From the NCBI GenBank assembly GCA_030704615.1, contig CM060734.1, positions 23,312,001 through 23,376,000 of the forward strand: 64,000 bases of DNA. Direction: 5' to 3'. A program made the position numbers and the translations under genes. Positions 9,636 to 21,600 of this stretch are shown here, piece after piece (positions within the stretch are counted from its first letter, which is position 1; every line of letters starts with the position of its first letter). The notes below the pieces were generated by a model. The model worked only from the letters and a program-made list of their open reading frames with translations, was not told the origin of the DNA and searched no databases. Origin of the DNA: Takakia lepidozioides (Eukaryota > Plantae > Bryophyta).

Positions 9636-12600
9636 TGCATTCACCTTTTTGCCTTGGTTGTCCCATCATTGATTGGGGCAGAATAGTATTCATTCCACAA
9701 CTTCTCCTCATCTCTGTTACTTGTTTTTTGATACTTTCATGTTGTCACATTGGTAGTATCATGTCAAAGTCACTCCAAACTAGATTCACTCAACCAGCTA
9801 ACTTGCAGAATTCAACATGGAAATTTAGGGCCGATTCTGATTAGAGGGAAAAACAAGGTGAAATGTGTTGAATAAGATGGCCTTCATTAGCAGTGTCTGA
9901 TTTTATAAATTGTGCCGCTGCTGCCAGTTGACCATCTGCAGGTTTGTTGTAGCTATAGAGTCAATCTGGAGCTTGAAGCCCGACCCTCTTGGGTGAATCT
10001 GCACCCACACTCTATCCCTGCTCCTTCAACTATCTATGCCTCAGCACAAATCATGCATATATCATTGTCTTGCTGCTAGCAGCTGATGATGACAACCTAG
10101 CTTTGTTCTTACACCCCAACCCTATTTGGAAAAACAGGCTGAAATGTGTTGAGGAAGATGCCTTCGTTAGCAGCACCTCATTCCAATTGTGCTGCCGCTA
10201 CTGTTTCCACTTGCAACAATTGACCATCTACTCCAGCTGATTTCTTTTAGCTATTGATCCCTCAGCCTGAACCTAAACATGAATATGGACCTCTATCCCT
10301 GGTCCCTCAGCTATCCCTGCCCGTGTACAGATCATGAATACATCCCTCAGCCTTGCTGCTAGCAGCTGACAGTGACGGCGTGAAGTTCTTCCAAAAAAAT
10401 ACCCCAACCTAAGACTTAACAGTAGTTCCAATTCTGAATTGCAACTGCTTTTCTCTGTAGTCGAACAAGCACTCACCTTTTTGTCTCCATTGTCCCCCCA
10501 CTGACTGGGGTCGGAAAGTGTTCATCCCAAAGCTTCTCTTCATCTTGTTATCTATTTTTGGGTACTTTCCTGCTGCCACATCAGCAGTAACTTGTCAAAG
10601 TCACTCCAAACCACCCCACATCCACCCAACGAGCTAACTTACAACATTCAATATGCAAATTCAGGGCTGGGTCTGATGAGAGGGAAAAATAGGCTGAAAT
10701 ATGTCGAAGAAGAAGGTGCCTTCACCATATTGTCCTCGACCTTGTGTCATGACCCATGGAGGATTTGACTGACCATGCACCCAAGAGGACCTCTTGTGTG
10801 TGCGAAGTGTGTGCTGCTTCCACAGGGAATTGTAGGCGATCTGGACTTGAAATCCAGCCCTCTTGGATGAATCTGGACCCACACTGCTCCCTGCTCCGTC
10901 AGCTATCCATGCCTCTGAACAAATCATGCATACATCCTTGCCTTGATGCTAGCAGCTGACAATAACACTCTAGAATTATTCCAGCAAACACCCCAACCCT
11001 ACCTATCACACTAGTTCCTATGCTGACTTGCGTCTACTTCCAACATGCATTCACTTTTTTGCCTGGATTGTTCCACCATTGACTGGGGTCGGAACCGTAT
11101 TCATTCCAGAGCTTCTCCACATCTCTATTATCTGTTTTTTGATACTTTCATGTCGACCACATTGGCAGTAACATGTCAAAATCACTCCAACGCCACAATA
11201 GATCCACCAACGAGCTAACTTGTAGAATTCAACATGAAAATTTAGGGACGACTCTGATAGTAGGGGAAAACAAGGTGAAATATGTTGAAGAAGGTACCTT
11301 CATTAGCAGTGGGCCTTGTTCTATCAATTGTGCTGCTGCCATTGCTATTTCCAGTTGACCATCTACCCACTTGTAGCCGTTGTGCTATTGAAGAAGGTGC
11401 CCCCCCTTCCCCCATCATTTGATCATAGGTCTCCAAAGCCTGCATACCATGTCCCTGCTGTGCATACCCTGCAAGCATCGCGTTCCATGACACCACATTT
11501 GGTTCAGCCATAGTGTTGAAAACTCCCTTCGCATCCTTAATGCACCCACATTTGGCATAGACGTCGACCAGGGGAGTGTTCAGGATGACATCTGGTACAA
11601 TTCTAGCTTTGATGATGTCACCATGGACCTCTTTCCCCTTTTCCAGAGGTCCCAGGCTTGCACACGCATTGCAAACATGCGGAAGCGTGATGTGGTTGTG
11701 CTTCACCCCTTTGCGCAACATTTGCTCATAGGTCGCCAAAGCATTCCTACCACACCCATGTTTGGTAAATCCTGCCAACATTATATTCCACATGATCAAA
11801 GATCGTTGAGGCACTCTGTAGAAATCTTGGCAAGCATCCATGATGCTCCCGCACTTAACATACATGTTGACAAGGGTGTTGAATAGAAAAAACATTTGGC
11901 ATGAATCCACTTTGGATAATGTGAGTGTGCACCTGATTCCAGCTTCCAGACCTAGAGCCTTTGTCAGTCTGCCTGCCTCACAAAGCATCTTCACATGCTC
12001 CGCAGAAAAGGCATTGTGCCCTCTCTTGATCCTCTTTCAGAAGCTGCGGTCATGGTTAAGGACGTGCCTGATTTTATCAACTGTGCCGCTGCAACTATTG
12101 CCTTTAGTTGACCATGTACCCATTTAGGTTTCTTGTAGCTATTGATCCACATGGAATCACAGGTAATCTAGAGCTTGAAGTCCGGCCCTCTTGGATGAAT
12201 CTGGACCCACACTCTATCATTTCTCCTTCAGCTATCCATGCCTCTGCACAAATCATGCATTCATCTTTGCCCTTGCTGCTAGCAGCTGACAATGACAACC
12301 TATGAAACACCCAATCACACTAGTTCCTATGCTGAATTACGTCTGCTACTCTCTGTCATCTAATAGGCATTCAACTTTTTGCCTCGGTTGTTCCACCATT
12401 CACTGGGGTCAACAAAGTATTCATTCCACACCTACTCCTCATCTCTGTTATCTGTTTTGGATACTTTCCTGCTGCCACATCGGCAGTTACTTGCCATAGT
12501 CATTCCAAACCACCACAGATCCACCCAAAACTTATAGAATTCAATATACATCTAAGAGCCGAGTCTGATGAGAGGGCAAAACAGGCTGAAATAGGTCGAA

Positions 12601-13200
12601 GAAGAAGGTGCCCTCACCACATTGTCCTTGACGATTCAATATGTAAATTCAGGGCCGAGTCTGATGAGAGGGAAAAACAGGCTGAAATAGGTCGAAGAAG
12701 GAGGTGCCCTCACCACATTCTCCAAGGCCTCCATACCACGCCCCTGTTGTGCACACCTTGCAAGCATCGTGTTCCACGTGATGAAATATCGTTGAGGCAT
12801 TCTGTTGAACACTTGGTGAGCATCCATGATGCTCCCGCACATAACATATATGTTGACAAGGGTGTTGAGTAGAAAAATATTTGGCGTGCACTTTGGATAA
12901 TGTGAGTGTGCACCTGCTTTCTAGCTTCGCTTGGCCTTTCATCTTGATGCACTTATGCAAGAGACAGACATACGTATCTGAATCTGCTGAAATGCCTCCT
13001 TGGTTTAAAGTCAGTAGAGCCTCTTTCAGTCTGCCTGCCAAAGCATCTTCACATGCCTAAGTGCCAGAAGAGGCATTGTGGACTCCCTCTCTTGACCTCT
13101 TCCAGAAGTTGTGGTCATGGTTGAGGTGCCTGACTTTATCAACTGTGCCGCTGCAGTTGCTGCCTTTGGCGATGCAACCATGCACCTCTTTGCATCTGGT
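9636..13200. repeat. Diverged tandem segmental duplications (about 4 copies of a modular 0.3-0.6 kb unit) interleaved with PPR fragments
   Basis: The block gcattcaccttttt...gtcaaagtcactccaaac...ctgatgagagggaaaa recurs at ~9636, ~10469, ~11046 and ~12367. The block ctcttggatgaatctggacccacac...gctagcagctga recurs at ~9985, ~10860 and ~12188. Confidence 0.8.
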
Positions 13201-14430
13201 AATCTGACAGGCATTCACCTTGGTACAATTCTAGCTCTGAAGATGTCACCATGTGGACCTCTTTCCCCTTTTCCAAAGCTGCCAGGGCAGTGTTCAGATT
13301 GACATTTGGTACAATTCCAGCTTTGATGATATCCCCATGCACCTCTTTGCCCTTCTCCAGGTCGGTTGCTAGGCTTGCACAAGCATTGCAAATGCACACA
13401 AACATGATGTGCTTCCATTGCTCATAGGTCTCCAAAGCCTCCATTCCACATCCCTGTTGTGCATACCCTGCAAGCACATCATATCGCACTCCATGACACC
13501 ACATGTCGTTCAGCCATAGTGTCGAACACTCCCCTTTGAATCCTAGATGCACCCACATTTTGCAAACATGTTCACCAGGGTATTGTTCAGAATGTCATCT
13601 GGTACAATTCCAGCTCTGAAGATGTCGCCATGCACATCTTTCCCCATTTCCAAAGCTGCAAGGGCAGTGTTCAGATTGACATTTGGCACAATTCCAGCTT
13701 TGATGATATCCTCATGCATCTCTTGCCCTTCTCCAGGGCTGCCAGGCTTGCACGCACATTGCAAATGCACACCACATCTCGTTCAGCCATAGTGTCGAAC
13801 ACTCCATTTGCATCCTAGATGCACCCACATTTTGCAAACATGTTCACCAGGGTTTTGTTCAGAATGACATTTGGTACAATTCCAACTCTGAAGATGTCAC
13901 CATGGACCTCTTTCCCCTTTTCCAAAGCTGCCAGGGCAGTGTTTAGATTGACATTTGGCACAATTCCAGCTTTGATGATATCCCCATGCACCTCTTGCCC
14001 TTCTCTAGGCCGGCTGCCAGGCTTGCACAAGCATTGCAAATGCACACAAACATGATGTGCTTCCCCCATCATTTGCTCAAAAGCTCTCCAAATGTCCTTG
14101 CCGTGCATACCCTGCAAGCATCGCACTCCACGACACCACATCTCGTTCAGCCATAGTGGCGAACACTCCCTTTGCATCCTAGATGCACCCACATTTTGCA
14201 AACATGTACACCAGGGTATTGTTCAGAATGACATCTGGTAGAATTCCAGCTCTGAAGATGTCGCCATGGACCTCTTTCCCCTTTTCCAAAGCTGCTAGGG
14301 CAGTGTTCAGATTGACATTTGGCACAATTTCAGCTTTGATGATATCCCCATGCACCTCTTGCCCTTCTCCAGGGCTGCCAGGCTTGCACAAGCATTGCAA
14401 ATGCACACAAACATGATGTGTTTCCCCCAT
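11242..14430 (-). pseudogene. PLS-class pentatricopeptide repeat (PPR) pseudogene fragments, tandemly amplified
   Basis: Repeated NTLVNMYVKCGSIMDA, VVSWNAMLAGYAQQGHGMQALETY and ACASLGPLEKGKEVHGDIIKA motifs. Two LCEAGRL-type N-termini (~11990, ~13040). Near-identical 270-360 bp units at 13290-14420. Frameshifts throughout. Confidence 0.9.
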
Positions 14431-14444
14431 CCTTTGTTGACACT

Positions 14445-17400
14445 GATCCCCTGCAACTAAACTTTTTAACTGAGACCCTTTCACTGATCCCCCCATGCAG
14501 AACTAGATAAGGCAATGAAAGTGCATTGGCCAGCACAAGAGTACTGCAACACCACTACAAGACTGATACAAGTCTGATACAAGTCTGATTTTTGGATCAC
14601 CAATCCCCTGCTCCTGATCCCCTGATCCCCTGCGCCTCCTGGACCCCCGAACACTGATCCTCTGCAACTAAACCTTTAAACTGATCCCCTGCAACTAAAC
14701 CCTTTAAAACTGATCCCCTAATCCCCTAATCCCCTTCCACTGTCCCCTCATGCAGAACTAGGTCAAGAAAGTGTATTGGCCACTACGTCAAGAGCAGTAC
14801 AAGACCACAACAAGACTGTTTATCTGATGAGTGTTCCCGTGCTTCTCATCCCCTGATCCCCTGAGCCTCCTGGTCCCCTGAACATGGATCGCCTACAACG
14901 AAACCTTCTAAGTGATCCCCTCTCCCTGATCCCCCCATGCAGAACTAGGCAAGACAATGGCAGCGGGAAGGGGAGTGACCACAAACCAAAATGGCGTTAA
15001 TCTCAGCATCGGCATCGTCCACAATGAATGTGTTGGGACGCCAATCTGGCTGAGCGGCATGGAGCCTTTGGCGAAGAACCAACATCCAACTTGACAAATC
15101 GTTGGCAGTGTTTCTTGAAGATATTATGTATGCAACAGGGATGTCATTCAGCCAAATGTCGAACACCATAAGAGTATATATGGCATACTGCACAAAAAGA
15201 CAAAATGTGCAACGTAAGTACGTTTGTTTGAAATGTACCAGACATTTTACTGAAATTAATGATACGAAACTACAACAGATCAAACCAAATAACATTCAGT
15301 ACATGTGGATGATAAGTGGGACGTGACCCATGTCATTGCTCCCCCTAATCCCCAAGGCATTAATTTTATTATTCTGTGATCCCCCTTGTGGGGTATGCCA
15401 TGATCCCCTGCAAATGGTCCCAACATGTACAGAGTAGTCTACAAAAATGCGGGTGTTGGCCCATGTGTCTGGCCCCCTAATGGGCTGAAAGCTGCCGTGC
15501 TCTCCAATCCGATACGTCTGTGGCCGTAATGACCCAAGTGCCGTGATCCCCTTCACATTGGATCATGCTATGCTCTCATGCTCCCAGGAGTCTTGTTGTC
15601 ATAACATACTACAACAAAAACCATGTTGATAGAGCTGACAAGGTCTGCCATGGCGACATTGACCCGAGTTCAAATAACACCCGTTCCGCGCACACACCTC
15701 ACCTTAGTGAAGAGGTAAAGAGGTGATAACGGATAGCACACGCGTTGGTTTGTCGCCCGCTGAAAGAATGTCCCAACATGAGCAACAGGTATTTGGCAGC
15801 AAGCTCAATGGATTAGAGAAGTGGTGTCGCGATGATGTTGCATGTAAGACTTTCAAGCGGCATAAGGACGAGGGGACCAGTCTGAAGATGTGGAAGGATG
15901 CCCAGCCACAAAGTGTTTTCTTCTATCAAGAGGACACGTCCAATACCCCTGCTGAAGGAATACGGCGGGGCAATGTTGACCTCAAATTTGCCATTGGCAT
16001 ACAAACAAAATTTCAGAAAAAAAAAACAATGCTCGAATTGGGTGACAAACGAATCGTATCTTGTGATGTGACCTTCGGAACCAATGAACATAAGCCATTG
16101 TGTGTACTCGAAGGCTTGAGAAGGATCCAGGTAGCATCGACCTATCCTAAACTGACAAAGACAACCCCTCTTGATGGACTCTCCCTGAACGACTTTCTTC
16201 CGTCTCGGCCCAGGCTTATGGTTGTTGTAAGAAGGCGATGAAGCATCCAGCACACACCCTCTTCTCCCGTTCCTTCTTTCAAAGAATTTTTATTGACAAG
16301 TATGACATTTATGCGCTTGTCCTCAGGTCCATAGGAACAATGGAACCTGAACAATGATGAAATCTAAGTCAGTGGAGTGAATACTCAGAGCAAGAGAGCA
16401 TAGTACAGAACAGAAGAGCAAACAATGTAAACAAGCAGCATGCCATGAGAAAGAACACAGTGAGACCATCCAGAAACCACAAAGGAGAAGGCGGACTTTA
16501 TCACAAGAGAGCAACTATTGGCCCTTGGAGCTAAGAGTTCGCCCTCCTCATGCTTTCCCTTTTTAGGCACCGTTCTGTTGAAGTGAGTGGGTGCCTCTGG
16601 CCTTTCTTCCTCCCCTCTCACAAAATCGTCGATCCTCATCCAAGGAATAACTGCAACATCCGTATTGACACGATGTCCACCTCCACTTGAAATAGTCGGA
16701 GTCCATAGAAGGCTCTTGTGGTTGAAGGAACCATCCGGGGGGATTTGCAAAGTGCTACGAAGCTGTGACAGAAGGAATGACGTGCGCAACTCCGAAGATG
16801 CACTCATGATGCCTAGCAGCCCTGCAGGAACAGTACACACCAGCAAACTTACTCGCAAGTGCAGCATACACACGCGCAAAGAGGAACAAACCTGAGAATA
16901 GCAGGAAACCCTAAATTTGGATACATCCACTCCATTCATCTCGCAGACCAAAATGGCGGGGGACGTGCATGGCTGTTGGATGAGAGACGTTGGATGGACG
17001 GCACGGATGAACGGGATCACAACGACGTGGGAAATAGCCGTGTCAGTTGACACGTAGTAGGGGGATTGCCGGAGGGGGGTCAGCCCCTGCAAAGGAGGGG
17101 GATCGGCAGCTGGGGGAGCAGATGGAGGGGGGATCCCGCCAGGTGGTGTGGGGGATCGACGGAGAGGGGAGCGCCACGTGCCTATCCAGATGTGGGGGAC
17201 GAGGGGGGGTCCCGCCATTGAGGGGCGGGAGGATCGAGGGCGGGGGACGGGCACGTGGCATGGCGGTGGACCCGGGGGATCAGCCCCTACAAAGGAGGGG
17301 GATCACCAACGGGGGAGCGGACGGAGGGGGGATCCCGCCAAGTGGTGCGGGGGATCGACGGAGAGGGGAGCGCCATGTGCCTATCCAGATGGGGGACGGG

Positions 17401-18250
17401 CACGTGGCATGGCGGCGGACCGGGGGGATCAGTCCCTGCAAAAGAGGGGGATCGCCAGGGGGGGAGGAGCGGAGGTAGATGATCCTACGGTGGTGCGGTG
17501 AAGGAAGGGAGATCGGCGGCGGGGGAGCGCCACGTGGCTCGAGATCGGGCGGTGGTGATGGGGCGCGGGGGGGGGGGGGTGGAGATCGACGGCGAGGGGA
17601 TCGCCATGTGGCCTTGCGGTGTCATCCGCCCTTCATCGGACCGTCATCCATCCCCTACGCAAGAGGATGACGGGGGATGAGGGGCGGATGATCCACATCA
17701 TCCATGTTTTTAAGGTTGGATGGATGTGCAGGGGATCGAGGGTTGGGGGGACCACCACCGGATAACTCGAGGGGGATCAATCTCCAAATTGGAGGGGGAT
17801 CAACCGAGGGGGGAGCGGAGTGGAAGGGCATCCCGCCGTTGATGGGAGTGGGGGATCAACGGTGAGGGGACCGCCACGTGGCCATTTGGTGTCATCTTCC
17901 GTTCATCCTACCCTCATCCATCCCTTTGCATGGGGGTATCAACGGAGGGGATGTGGACGGCGCGGGGGAGCACATGGCGGGATCCCCTGGGCTGGGGGAT
18001 CAGTCCTGTATGGGAGGGGGATCAACGTAGGGGGAGCGCCACGTGGGGGTGATGGGGGAGAGCAGTCCCTGCTAGGCGGGGGGATTGGAGCGGTGGGGGA
18101 TCGGGCGTTTCAAAGAGGTGGGGATTGACGGTGGAGGGATCGGCACGTGGTGGGAGATGGGGAGGGGACGGGCGAGCGAGGGGACGGGTGGGCAGGGGCT
18201 GGCGGGGGCAGAGGGGCCGGGCCGGGGTAGAGGGGGCGGGCGGGAGGGGG
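14445..18250 (-). mobile_element. MULE/SWIM-family transposase relic resembling the Arabidopsis At4g13970/At1g60560 family, with an internal inversion and GATCCCC/GGGGATC repeat arrays at either end
   Basis: Minus strand: IPWMRIDDFVRGEE, FHCSYGPED, SIKRGCLCQF. Plus strand (inverted): NHVDRADKVCHG...FAIGIQTKFQ...CDVTFGTN. Minus strand again: YAIYTLMVFD...IPVAYII...WRPNTFIVDD. Confidence 0.75.
17060..18250. repeat. Very G-rich degenerate repeat array (GGGGATC, GCCACGTG motifs; ~200-bp internal duplications)
   Basis: Many GGGGATC copies. The block gggggatcccgccargtggtg...ggggatcgacggagaggggagcgcca...tgcctatccagatg occurs at ~17125 and ~17325. Confidence 0.85.
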
Positions 18251-18627
18251 GTGGGGAGGATTTGACATGGGGCTTCCAGCCTGCCGGAGGTGTCAGCTCA
18301 AGCGTGCGTAATAAAATCAAGCTACTGCCCTCCGTTGAGCAGCAACTGCCTCCAAGCAAAAGGAATGATTGGTCTGACGTTATTGACCGGGACAGTTTCC
18401 GTTCAAGCAAGAATAGGAGACACTTTGCAGGACCTAGAGAATGGAACCGAGTAGCAGATCACTAGATCCTCAGACACCAAGTGCATGTCTTCTTTCGGAG
18501 TTAACTAGAATATGCCAAGGCCAGAAAATGTTGTCTAATCTGTCAGGAAACTAACAGATTAGACAGATATCAATGTCTTCAACCGACCTACCTATGACAC
18601 CCCAAGCTGACAGGAGGTCAAAAGAAT

Positions 18628-21600
18628 CTAGTCACCTGTCCTGTTCAGACGATTTCCATTATTTTTATTTCGTAGGTGTTTTCTCCCCAGCCTGAATGGC
18701 GAGAAAAAACCATGGCCTCTGTGCCTCAGATTGGCTGGCAGCTCAGCATGTGAAGTGTTTGACCCTACATCAGTCACCTTGCCTTTAGCAAACTTGTCAC
18801 CATCCTGATGTGTTGACCTTGTAACAGATTCTACTCTTCCGCATTCCATCTTGTCTTCTAAAGTTGCTGCTGGTCGTAACCTTGATGTCCCGAACATTAG
18901 CTGCTCTAAAGTGGTCACTTCTCCTGCCCCACTCTGTGAGCCCACCTTGGGAGGCACTGACATATTCTCAGCAGAACATGCTGGAGGATCCGTGTCTGCA
19001 CTAAGAGTTACCTTATTGTTATGTGGTGATGGGGAGGATCCAGTAGGTTGAGAGTTGGCCTTTTGCTGTTTAACCAAAGCAATAAGCTTATCCAACACAT
19101 CGATGGCCCAAGCCACCTCCACATCTGAAGATTTCTCCAACTTGTCCTCAGGTCTCAACTGCTCTTGAAGCTCATGCATAGGTGATGCTTCAACCAAAGC
19201 TCCAACCGAAGATAAGCCATTCCATAAGGGGCAGGGCGCCCTCTTTTCTGCTTCATTTGACAGTGTGCGATGTGTCTCAATAAAAGAAAGTTGGTCATGA
19301 GAATAATTTCTCCCATTTTCCAGCTCCTCATATCTGTTTGTACAACTTCCTTGCGAAGGCCTTTCTGTCTCCGTCAATGTCTCCTTTCCAAAATCTTGCT
19401 GCTCCTTTTCTGCCTCCTTTATTGTGTTTTGTGGTCTCCTGTCAGACAAGCTACTGAAAGCAAACTCCAATGAGTCAAATTCCTCTTTAAAAGGGAATCC
19501 TAAGAAATTCTGAGTGTCTTTCCCTGGAGACATCATGTGCATTGGAGATGGAGCTCCTACGTACGCCCCTCTGGGCACAGAATCCAGGGCAGCCTTGATG
19601 CGGAGGTACATGGGTTCTGTCTCGATGAGCTCCTCAAATGCACTGCCCTTCACTGCTGAGATCGCCTGCCACAGACATGATCCAGTACTACAAATGTCAT
19701 CAGCAATCACCCTGACTGAGTGTGACAAATTCAAACTTGGCCAATGCCATGTAGAGGACTCCAACAATTATCATCGTTTAGTAAGCATAATCAATGAAGA
19801 TCCTCCTTTTGCACATTCTGAAGATCAACAATGAAACCTCCCCAGAACCTAGGCTTCCCATGTTACAGAACAGCCAGGGAGGCCATGGATCAGACATCCA
19901 TGGTTATCTGGATCCTTGAAAATTCAGGGGCTTTCCTATCAAATTTGTCAGTCATATGTGATTCTTCCAGATTTGAGGATGTTCAATTTGGCTGAAAGCA
20001 GAGCTGAAGAGGATAAAAAGAGAGAATCTGAGTACCTTCTGATACAGCTTATATCCAAGCCCTGCAAGCTGCCTAGCGACAAAATTGATGAGCCATGGAG
20101 GAACAAAATCCAATTTCATATCCAAATCGGCAACCAACCTGTGGATTTCCCAGAATGTAATGAGAATGTAGTTCACTATTGTCTGGAATGACACAATGCA
20201 AATTTTGCATCGACCTTTCAAATAACAAGGGCCACAGCTGTGCTAGCCTCCAACCGAAGAGATGTACACTTGTTCAAGAGGAGAGGGGTACCTGAAGTAT
20301 AGACTGTCGGGGCCGATTTTCTGAAGAACAAACCCACCCACAAGATCCATACGCACCACATTTGGTTCCAACTTGGGGATATCACCAGCACTGAAACCAT
20401 TCAGATTTGCATCAGGCTCATCTGGTGCCTGAATGTGCATGAACACACAAGAATTTGTTATGGAACTTCACATGAAGCAGCAATGGAACAGACTTGCATC
20501 AATAGCCTTTCATCTACTTCAGGATCTAGCTTATGGTGTAGTGTTGACATCCAATAGATAGCCCAGTGGTTCGGGCATAATGCCAATTCACTAGTAAACA
20601 ACCACATAAGTGTGTTGGATGTCGTAAAGGTGTCCACCTTCCCATCGGAAGGCAGTAGCCCTTCGGAGTCAAGTGACACCATTACAATTGCTTCGGGAAG
20701 AGTACACTATTTTTTTTGTAGTGTAGTGTTGGCATGTGCTGAGATTATAAACACTAAGACAACCAAATCTACAGCTCCCAATATTTCTACAAAAAATATA
20801 GCAATTTTAGAAGCACCTATCATAGCAGTCTTCCCCAAGTCACCTATCTCCTCATTTTCACTCCGATCCCAACAACTTCCAAAGTTAATTCTTCAGGTTA
20901 ACCTACCAGTATTCTATTGCACTAAGTCAATTGGCTAATCAACTGACAGAAACGTGGCAAAGAAGAACAAATGACGTGGACTTACGATCGCAGTCGTTTT
21001 GATTTGGCATCTATTCTGGGAACGTGGGGCGTACTCAATTCTGGACCATACACTCAGCAGCAGTGGGCCAGAGCTAAAGACAGATAGCTAGTGGGCCAGA
21101 GCTGACGAGAGATAGAGAAGATTAAGGGATAGCTAGCGGTAAAGTTTCTGGGTCAAATACTGAAATTTAGCCAGATCTTGCAAGGTCATCATCCAGTTCA
21201 AGGGGAGTTGGCTGAACTAGCTAGTGGGACGTGAGAATCAAGTGGGGGCCGGGTTGGGTTCCTTGGCATGGGACGCCATGGCTTGGGAACCAACTCCTTG
21301 GTGTGAGACACCACACCTTGGAAATTAGTTCCTGCAATAAAAAACAAGTCGGTGAGGACATCGCCTCATTGTTGGTAGGAGTGTGTGTCGTGACACTTTG
21401 CCTTGAGGGCAAGGGGTTGGGACACAAGAGGGACTGCCCGTGTAGTGGGCGCATCGGCAGCAGTGGAAGTGGAGTAAAATGTGCACATGAGAAGAAACTT
21501 AGTCTCTACATCAGTAGTCCCTCAAATTTGCGCAGCTCCTGAAACTGATACTGCTACCTGCATTATATTACCTACCTGCCAAACAAGTGGGAGTTCATGA

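Noticed and set aside
17043-18465. Several Gly/Arg/Pro-rich ORFs
   Set aside because: Artefacts of the G-rich repeat array, which lacks stop codons.
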